Virus record (IMG/VR): IMGVR_UViG_3300025844_000015 | Coordinates: 52,886-72,885 of that record | From: an uncultured virus (IMG/VR IMGVR_UViG_3300025844_000015) | Taxonomy: Duplodnaviria > Heunggongvirae > Uroviricota > Caudoviricetes | Reading direction: 5' to 3' (one strand) | DNA: 20,000 bases | In this document: one piece after another, positions 1 to 6,424 of the stretch | Layout of the letters: the number at the start of each line of letters is the position of its first letter | Position numbering within the stretch: position 1 is the first letter of the stretch | Program-made: the position numbers and the translations under genes | The notes under the pieces: model-generated | Told to the model about the DNA's origin: nothing | Databases searched by the model: none | What the model saw: only the letters and a program-made list of their open reading frames with translations

Positions 1-1242
1 TTTTTCTCTTTTCTTGAAAAAGAAAAAAAGGGGTACAATCTCTCTCTGGATGATGTAATGCGTTTTGTGCTAACAATCAAAAGCAAAAAGAGCGCTCTGC
101 GAAACGTAGCAGGTTCAGGAGAAGAAATATCAAGGTCCCTTGCTTCGTCAACTGTCGGAAGAGAAGCCAATCTTGCAAGAGGGTTCAGTGATACCAAAGA
201 TGTAAATCTAGGTGAAACCAGTATTGATAATATGCATGCAGTAGGAAAAGCATTAGAGGCCGCAGGATATGCAGAACTAAACGATGATCCACGCAAATCA
301 ACAATAGACCGAGACGCAACCGCGAGATTATTGAAATTCATCAACACTATTAAAGCTAGTGGTTTCAATACACCACGACAGGTAGCTCAAAATTTCGAGA
401 AGGCCGTTGGTTCATATCGCCGTGGTGTAGAGGGCTTCAAACAAGATATCGGTAGAGGGAACAGTGATCTTGATATTGCTAAAGATCGAGTAAGTAATAT
501 AACACCAAACATGTTAATGTTTCTGGCCGCAGTAGTAAAGAAAAAAGGTAGAAGTGAAGCGTGGGACAACTACCTAAACCCTGATAACTATGATGAACCA
601 CCGTTGCCGGGTTATACTCCGGGGTCATACAATCCCCGTGAAGCCGCTAAAGAACTAATAGCTATGGGACTTACAACCAAAACACCCAAAAAAGGACTGA
701 TAACTCTAAACAAGGATGCAATTAAAAAATCGGTTTCAGCCCTCCGCAACGAGTTAGAAGAATTAAAAACAGGTAGCATCGAACAACCCGGTAACGTTAA
801 CACAAAAAGTCTAAAAGCCGTTGAACAAAATGCTAAAGCGTTAATCGACAAGATTGACTCAATGGTTCCTAATGACATCAAACGACTGGCAGAAAGTAAA
901 CTAGCAGCGGCACTTAGAAAAGCCAGTGAAGATACCGGTGACGATTCTTTTATTCAAGCCTATAACTTGTATACTAACAAACTAGCCCAATCAAGCGAAA
1001 GTGAAGCCGTGGGTGATGCTTCCGAAAGAATCAAAAAAACCCACTTAGGTAGTGTTATCGCTTTCCTGAGAGCCAGAATCATCGGTCGCATGCTTTACCA
1101 TTACGCATCGATGGTAATAGGCGATGGAAAAAAGTGGAAAGCACCAAACAAAGACTATGGATTTACTGGTCCAAAAGAACTATCTATGGTAAGAAGCGCG
1201 CTCAAAAGTGGCGATGCATTAAAAACGTCACGTCTTTACTGA
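1..1242 (+). CDS. Hypothetical phage protein, probably 5'-truncated by the window edge (possible virion/internal protein)
   Basis: The ORF track starts at ATG 58, but the frame is open from base 1 (FFSFLEKEKKGYNLSLDDV-MRFV...), so the gene probably begins upstream. Helical, K/A/S-rich, no recognisable motif. Confidence 0.7.
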   Translation, partial: FFSFLEKEKKGYNLSLDDVMRFVLTIKSKKSALRNVAGSGEEISRSLASSTVGREANLARGFSDTKDVNLGETSIDNMHAVGKALEAAGYAELNDDPRKSTIDRDATARLLKFINTIKASGFNTPRQVAQNFEKAVGSYRRGVEGFKQDIGRGNSDLDIAKDRVSNITPNMLMFLAAVVKKKGRSEAWDNYLNPDNYDEPPLPGYTPGSYNPREAAKELIAMGLTTKTPKKGLITLNKDAIKKSVSALRNELEELKTGSIEQPGNVNTKSLKAVEQNAKALIDKIDSMVPNDIKRLAESKLAAALRKASEDTGDDSFIQAYNLYTNKLAQSSESEAVGDASERIKKTHLGSVIAFLRARIIGRMLYHYASMVIGDGKKWKAPNKDYGFTGPKELSMVRSALKSGDALKTSRLY

Positions 1243-1249
1243 AAAAAGC

Positions 1250-1281
1250 TTGACTTCACCTTCCCCAAGCATATATAAATA
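1250..1281 (+). promoter_or_regulatory. Overlapping sigma70-like promoter (TTGACT ... TATATA/TATAAA) and T4-type late promoter TATAAATA
   Basis: TTGACT at 1250-1255; -10-like hexamers at 16-18 bp spacing; exact T4 gp55 consensus TATAAATA at 1274-1281. The ORF track shows no + strand ORF until 1945. Confidence 0.7.
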
Positions 1282-1282
1282 A

Positions 1283-1617
1283 CCCTGTTCCCAACTTTGC
1301 AGTAAAGGAACACTTACAATTTGCATATCCCGAACAGGCTGCACAAATGTCGGACAGGGTGGATAGTAGACGATGAGGTTGCTATCCCATAGAAAAGCCC
1401 TAAAGGTCTGAATGAGGGGATTATACGTTGGTAACGCTTTCGGGACAGGCTGGACGTATAAATCCTAGACTCATGAAAACAAGTTCATTGTTCATCGCAG
1501 TGAAAGGTCTTGGATCAATATTGATCGCGAATGACTGGAGATCGTCTTTGTACTGCAAATACAATGATCTTGTTATGGTAGTAGCAAGATAGATTCACCT
1601 ACCTAGGTTGGAACGGG
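1283..1617 (+). ncRNA. Putative large structured non-coding RNA, family not recognised
   Basis: The 5' and 3' ends pair (1283-1295 with 1607-1617). Perfect 9-bp long-range helix TTTGCAGTA 1296-1304 / TACTGCAAA 1551-1559. Internal hairpins with G-U pairs at 1350-1411, 1412-1474 and 1567-1590. Loop-loop complement 1328-1334 / 1439-1445. Lies immediately behind a promoter. Confidence 0.6.
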
Positions 1618-1741
1618 AAATTTCCTAAACAAATTTATTATACAATTTTGTTAAAAAATGGGGGAGAGTATTTTAAAACCCTTCAAAAAATATTCAAAAA
1701 CACTGTAACCTACAAAATAGAAATAAAACAGAAACAAAATA

Positions 1742-1944
1742 AAGAATGTAAATGCGAACGGAGCGAAGCGTAGTGAGTATTTACATTCTTGTAAAAAAAA
1801 AACGAAATAACAAATTAATGGGGACCCCTTCGGGTCCCTCGGAGTCCGCTGTCGCGAACATCCGACTTGCTCTGCGCTCTTTAATAAGGTACAATATACG
1901 GTACACCCAAATAGGTACAGACAAATGAACTACAAACAAATAGG
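1742..1944. repeat. Cluster of inverted repeats and short direct repeats (origin-like)
   Basis: 12-bp perfect IR AAGAATGTAAAT 1742-1753 / 1779-1790 enclosing GCGAAGC 1763-1769; hairpin GGGACCC-CTTC-GGGTCCC 1821-1838; GGTACA at 1888, 1900 and 1914; CAAATAGG at 1908 and 1937. Confidence 0.6.
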
Positions 1945-1950
1945 TTGAAT

Positions 1951-4656
1951 ATGAAACACGAAGAGATACTTGAAAATAACGAAAAGAAAATTCTAGAGAC
2001 ACTAGGAAACAGAAGTGTGTTCGACGCTTGGAAGAAAGCTCTAAATTACACGCCCAGAGATTCTCAAGAGAAGGTAATGGAGTGGATTGATACGTTGCCA
2101 CCTGAAATCAAGTACATTTTAGTAGAAGCCCCCGTAGGCTGTCATGCAATAGATACACCAATAATAGGCTATGACGGACACATCAAACTGGTTCAAGAAA
2201 TAAAGGTTGGGGATCAACTAATGGGACCTGATGGAAAAAAGCGTACCGTTTTGGAACTGCATCGAGGTACTCAACAGATGTATAAGATAACACCGGTAAA
2301 AGGTGACCCATTTGTCGTCAACCAAGACCACATACTATCGTTGAAAACCACTCCGCTGGGAGGTAGGTACAATGTGTCAGGGAGCGAAATAGTAAACATT
2401 TCTGTTCGTGATTATCTGAATAAATCGAATCACTTTAAAAGAAATCACAAACTGTATCGACCGGATTTCATTGAATTTACGGATTCTCAGTCTTTTCAGT
2501 CTTGCAACGAAAAACAGCAAGAGATAAACCCATATTTCATGGGAGTACTGTTGGGGGATGGATGTATGAAAAAATGTGCTTCAGTTACCACTATCGATTA
2601 TCAAATTGCACAGACCGTATATGAACAAGCGGAAGTATTTGGACTTGAGGTTAGGGAACAAGTCAAAGAATCTACACATGCAATACAGTATTACTTGTCT
2701 AGTGGAAGGTCTCAGCTATATGAAGACCGAAACCGCTTGATCGATATTCTGAAGAGAAACGGCTTGTATGGAAAAACTTCAGGGAATAAGTTTATTCCAC
2801 ACATGTACAAGGTTGGAAATAAGTTAACACGACTCGAAATACTGGCAGGGCTTATAGACACCGATGGAAGTCACAACGGTAGAGGGGGTTTTGATTATGT
2901 AACTAAATCCCCCCAGTTGGCAGAAGACATTAAGTTCATATGCAGAAGTTTGGGACTATCTGTAAATTCCAGTATAAAGACGGTAGATGGAAAAAAATAT
3001 GCAAGAATATGTATTAGTGGTAACACAGATATTATACCTACCCGTTTGGAGAGAAAAAAGGCACCACCTCGAAAACAAAAAAAGAGACCCACAGTGACCG
3101 GGTTTTCGATAGAAAAACTTGATGTAGATGAATATTACGGCTTTTCTCTGGATGAAGACCATCTCTATTTGTTGGGGGATTTCATAGTAACACACAATTC
3201 AGGAAAATCTAATTTAGCAATGGCATTCAGTTCTTACATTAGTGATAGAATGGGTGATTCGTTCATATTAACTCCACAGAAAACGCTACAGCGCCAATAT
3301 GAAGAGTCATTTGAAAAACATCTTCTTTTTTCTGTATACGGAAGAAGTAATTATGAATGCGAACAAAAAAACACGACTTGTGATGTAGGCGCGGATATTA
3401 AACCTGCATGTGATAATTGTCCCGCTAAACTCGCAAGAGATATGTCTATTACATCACCTAATGCCGTAATGAACTATACATTAGCTCTAACTTATTTCAA
3501 ATACTTGAGAAAAATGATTCCCCCTAGAAATTTAATGGTGTTGGATGAAGCACATACCTTGGAATCCAACCTTGTCGAATTCAGTTCGATTTCTGTAACG
3601 GACAAGAAATGTAAGAAATACAACGTCAAGTTCCAGTTCGCTCGTAGCGCCGCTGAGGCCATAAATTGGATAAGTCGTACCTATCTACCTGCCGTCGAAG
3701 CAAAATCGATAGAGCTACGTAAGAAGGTGACTGAGATCGAAACTAGAGGTGGGGCACTGAGTAAATCTGACATACAGACTGTTCGTGCTGCCATAACAGC
3801 CACGGAACATCGTAACCAATTAGTAGATCTAGTAGAAATGGACATGTCTCTAATAGACAAGAAATACGTCCTTGTGTCTGAAAAAGTTGGATTCAAATTC
3901 AAGGAACTCTACGCCAAGAATAATTTTAAAAACATTTGTTTACCAATGGCAAATCGTTTTCTCTTTATGTCATCTACTATTCTGGATAAAGACGAATTCT
4001 GTCGAGACTTGGGGATCGACCCAGATGAGTCTGCTATGATTTCTCTTGATTCCGAATTTCCAGAAGAAAACAGGGAAGTAATATTTTCTCCCGTTACCAA
4101 AATGAATTATGGGTGGAACTCTGAAGAAAGAACACAAGATCGTAAGAAGATGATGACCCACATCAATCATGTATGTAGCTATCATGCGGACGAGTCGGGT
4201 GTGATACACACGGGTTCTTTCCAAGTTTCCCAGTGGATTCTTGAAAACATAAAGACAAATCATAGAATCATTCATCATAATCCCGGTTTCAATCTTAGTA
4301 GAGATGAAGCTATTGACACCTTTTTGGAGTGTTCTGAAAAAGAACCAACTTTGCTGATATCTCCTTCTGTGACTGAAGGCATGGACTTGAAGGATAATCG
4401 CGGAAGATTTGCACTTATAGTCAAAGTTCCGTATCCGTATTTAGGAGATGCGTGGACAAAACGACGTATGCAGATTTCCAAGGACTGGTACAACCGACAG
4501 GCTATTACAGGAATAATTCAGGGTTGTGGTAGAGTTGTACGTTCCAAGGATGACTGGGGTACGGTATACATTCTCGACGAGTCCTTCGAATATTTGTATA
4601 ATCAGACTAGAAAAATGATTCCATCATGGTGGAAGAGAGGATTGACAGTAGTATGA
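1951..4656 (+). CDS. DinG/XPD(Rad3)-family SF2 helicase with Fe-S cluster motif, containing an intein
   Basis: After intein removal the Walker A reads EAPVG/SGKS. Also Q-motif-like YTPRDSQ, motif Ia TPQKTLQRQY, Cys cluster GRSNYEC...C...CDNCP, motif II VLDEAH, motif III MSST, motif V TEGMDL and motif VI QGCGRVVRSKDDWG. ATG 1951 with AGGT SD is preferred over TTG 1945. Confidence 0.9.
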   Translation: MKHEEILENNEKKILETLGNRSVFDAWKKALNYTPRDSQEKVMEWIDTLPPEIKYILVEAPVGCHAIDTPIIGYDGHIKLVQEIKVGDQLMGPDGKKRTVLELHRGTQQMYKITPVKGDPFVVNQDHILSLKTTPLGGRYNVSGSEIVNISVRDYLNKSNHFKRNHKLYRPDFIEFTDSQSFQSCNEKQQEINPYFMGVLLGDGCMKKCASVTTIDYQIAQTVYEQAEVFGLEVREQVKESTHAIQYYLSSGRSQLYEDRNRLIDILKRNGLYGKTSGNKFIPHMYKVGNKLTRLEILAGLIDTDGSHNGRGGFDYVTKSPQLAEDIKFICRSLGLSVNSSIKTVDGKKYARICISGNTDIIPTRLERKKAPPRKQKKRPTVTGFSIEKLDVDEYYGFSLDEDHLYLLGDFIVTHNSGKSNLAMAFSSYISDRMGDSFILTPQKTLQRQYEESFEKHLLFSVYGRSNYECEQKNTTCDVGADIKPACDNCPAKLARDMSITSPNAVMNYTLALTYFKYLRKMIPPRNLMVLDEAHTLESNLVEFSSISVTDKKCKKYNVKFQFARSAAEAINWISRTYLPAVEAKSIELRKKVTEIETRGGALSKSDIQTVRAAITATEHRNQLVDLVEMDMSLIDKKYVLVSEKVGFKFKELYAKNNFKNICLPMANRFLFMSSTILDKDEFCRDLGIDPDESAMISLDSEFPEENREVIFSPVTKMNYGWNSEERTQDRKKMMTHINHVCSYHADESGVIHTGSFQVSQWILENIKTNHRIIHHNPGFNLSRDEAIDTFLECSEKEPTLLISPSVTEGMDLKDNRGRFALIVKVPYPYLGDAWTKRRMQISKDWYNRQAITGIIQGCGRVVRSKDDWGTVYILDESFEYLYNQTRKMIPSWWKRGLTVV
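2140..3198 (+). mobile_element. Intein (353 aa) with LAGLIDADG homing endonuclease
   Basis: Block A C1-HAIDTPII; block B VVNQDH; LAGLIDADG motifs PYFMGVLLGDG and ILAGLIDTDG; block F YYGFSL; C-terminal VTHN followed by +1 Ser. Inserted within the P-loop (APVG|SGKS). Confidence 0.95.
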
Positions 4657-4820
4657 AAACATTTCAAGTTTCAGTACAGGCCAATATAGTTGCAATTGAT
4701 GATGTTGTGGCGGAGGATTCCGACGAGGCTATCCAAAAGGTTTTGTCGGATATCAGGGCTGACGGTTATGATATATGGGGAGATTTTTCTGCACATGCAG
4801 AAGAGGTAACCTACGAGTAA
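4653..4820 (+). CDS. Small acidic hypothetical protein (55 aa, MKTFQVSVQA...)
   Basis: ATG 4653 overlaps the helicase stop (ATGA). Contains a V-A-E-D-S-D-E-A-I segment of a kind common in small phage proteins. Confidence 0.7.
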   Translation: MKTFQVSVQANIVAIDDVVAEDSDEAIQKVLSDIRADGYDIWGDFSAHAEEVTYE

Positions 4821-4845
4821 GACTAAATCGATATCATTCATATTG

Positions 4846-4935
4846 ATGATTCCATCGTGGTGGAAAAGACGCAAAAAGGCTTATAGAAGACAACATCATC
4901 CGAGGCAGAGAATTAAGACAGCGTTTCATGGATGA
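4846..4935 (+). CDS. Possible 29-aa basic peptide MIPSWWKRRKKAYRRQHHPRQRIKTAFHG, or a remnant of a duplicated helicase 3' end
   Basis: Below the ORF-track cutoff. Its first 8 codons duplicate the helicase C-terminus, and its TGA overlaps the next ATG (ATGA at 4932-4935). Confidence 0.35.
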   Translation: MIPSWWKRRKKAYRRQHHPRQRIKTAFHG

Positions 4936-5153
4936 TTATAAAAAACCACGCTTACTGTCCGGAATGTGGGAGTGACAATTCCATATCCACCTTAATGAGC
5001 TTTACATTTGATACCGACGACCCGGATAGTTACGAAGATAGAAACAACGTGACATGTTGTTGCTGTAGTTGGAAAGGAATTGCACATGATTTGGTTGGAA
5101 ATCAAAAAAAAGATTTACAGAGAGAATTTCGTATAAATATTAAAACAAGTTGA
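4932..5153 (+). CDS. Small zinc-ribbon-like protein
   Basis: CPECG and CCCCSWKG Cys pairs; 73 aa. Confidence 0.7.
   Translation: MIIKNHAYCPECGSDNSISTLMSFTFDTDDPDSYEDRNNVTCCCCSWKGIAHDLVGNQKKDLQREFRINIKTS
5132..5139 (+). promoter_or_regulatory. T4-type late promoter
   Basis: Exact TATAAATA ending 27 nt upstream of ATG 5167. Confidence 0.75.
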
Positions 5154-5166
5154 GAAGATATAGAAG

Positions 5167-5796
5167 ATGTCAAAAATAATATACACTACGGAAAACGAAA
5201 ACGAAAGACCAAAACAAACCAATGCGGATACTGCTCCTCCTTTAAATCTGGTATATGGCCAAGAAGACACGAACACACGCCCCAAAAGAAGGACAGTATT
5301 GCAGCATTATCTCGAAGAAAACTCTTATTACGTTTATGATTCGGAAAGCAGAAAAACTTTTGCAGAAACTGTAACCGGCAGTTTAATCACAGAAGATTTC
5401 ACTACGGACTGGTTGTTGAATGCTGCACAATCGCAGGGAGAATCTCCTTTTTTTGGTGAATGTTATAGTGTTGAACAAGCACAGACTCCAGTCCTTTTGA
5501 GCATAGATTACGACGGGGACAAATCGTATTATTCTTTGTCACTGATATTGCGGTACATTGGATCACAACCATCTACAACCGTGGAAATGGTGTTGACCTA
5601 TAACGACGGCTCTGATAATGTCGAACACAATTTTAATTTTGAGGTTAATAACGGAGAAGATCGCGAGGTTAATATAGATTTAACTGCTCTTGGGATTACA
5701 CCCGTATCTTTCGTGAATATTTTATTGACACCAGATTTGGTGGAATACGACATATTCAGGTTGTGTGATATAACGGGTGTCCGTATGTCCGGTTAA
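5167..5796 (+). CDS. Hypothetical late protein (acidic, probably beta-rich; possible virion component)
   Basis: 209-aa ORF behind a late promoter; T/D/E/N-rich; no recognised family. Confidence 0.7.
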   Translation: MSKIIYTTENENERPKQTNADTAPPLNLVYGQEDTNTRPKRRTVLQHYLEENSYYVYDSESRKTFAETVTGSLITEDFTTDWLLNAAQSQGESPFFGECYSVEQAQTPVLLSIDYDGDKSYYSLSLILRYIGSQPSTTVEMVLTYNDGSDNVEHNFNFEVNNGEDREVNIDLTALGITPVSFVNILLTPDLVEYDIFRLCDITGVRMSG

Positions 5797-5800
5797 TCTA

Positions 5801-6424
5801 ATGATTGACGTTGCTATAATTTGTAGTGGAAGCAGGGAAAGTTATTTCAAAGAATGTTTACTCAGTTTGGAAAAAGAGCCCGTAAACATATGTGTAGTAG
5901 ATAAACAGAAAACTCTTGGCGACGGAAGAATAAAATCTTATGAAGCTGGAGTAAACAGGTTTGTATGCTTTGTTGATGACGATGATGTTATTATTCCCGG
6001 AGCTTTTGATCGTGCTTTGTTTAAAATTAAGTTAGAGTCGAATATATCCGCATATTATTCTAACCATTTAGTTGTTACCGAAGATTTGTCTACCGTTATC
6101 GGACGTAGGTTTTCTAAATTGTCGTCACCCGGCTTATTACAAGACGCACAAATGCACCACATAGTAGTATATGACAGAAATACTATAAGCCCTGTTATTG
6201 GTTATCTGAGGGGGGTTCATACTCGCGACAGAAGGTTGCTGAATTACCATTCTATAATGAATGGTCGGGTTATTGGAGATTTGAACCATGGCGCAATGTG
6301 GAGAATACATTCTGGGAATAACCATAAAACCGCAGACATCAGATCCAATCCACCGGAATGGTTCGCAAAGATAGAAGAACTGGAAAAAGATATCATCGAC
6401 AAATTCTCCAAAATAGTCAGGTGA
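5801..6424 (+). CDS. Glycosyltransferase, GT-A fold (family 2-like)
   Basis: N-terminal strand IDVAII..., YFKECLLSL, ICVVD, and DxD motif FVCFVDDDDVIIPGA. ATG 5801 just after the previous stop is preferred over the start at 5777. Confidence 0.8.
   Translation: MIDVAIICSGSRESYFKECLLSLEKEPVNICVVDKQKTLGDGRIKSYEAGVNRFVCFVDDDDVIIPGAFDRALFKIKLESNISAYYSNHLVVTEDLSTVIGRRFSKLSSPGLLQDAQMHHIVVYDRNTISPVIGYLRGVHTRDRRLLNYHSIMNGRVIGDLNHGAMWRIHSGNNHKTADIRSNPPEWFAKIEELEKDIIDKFSKIVR

Noticed and set aside
58..60. ATG 58 as the certain start of the first gene
   Set aside because: The frame is open to base 1, so the gene probably begins outside the window.
1457..1464. TATAAATC as a second late promoter
   Set aside because: It mismatches at the last position and forms one arm of a predicted RNA helix.
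1283..1617. tmRNA, RNase P, tRNA or group I/II intron identity for the structured region
   Set aside because: No GGGG.. / ..TCCACCA tRNA-like ends, no GAGGAAAGTCC, no cloverleaf, no GTGCG 5' end or domain V, and no interrupted gene flanking it.
1781..2101. Minus-strand 106-aa ORF
   Set aside because: It overlaps the helicase start and the hairpin cluster and has non-protein-like composition; likely a shadow ORF.
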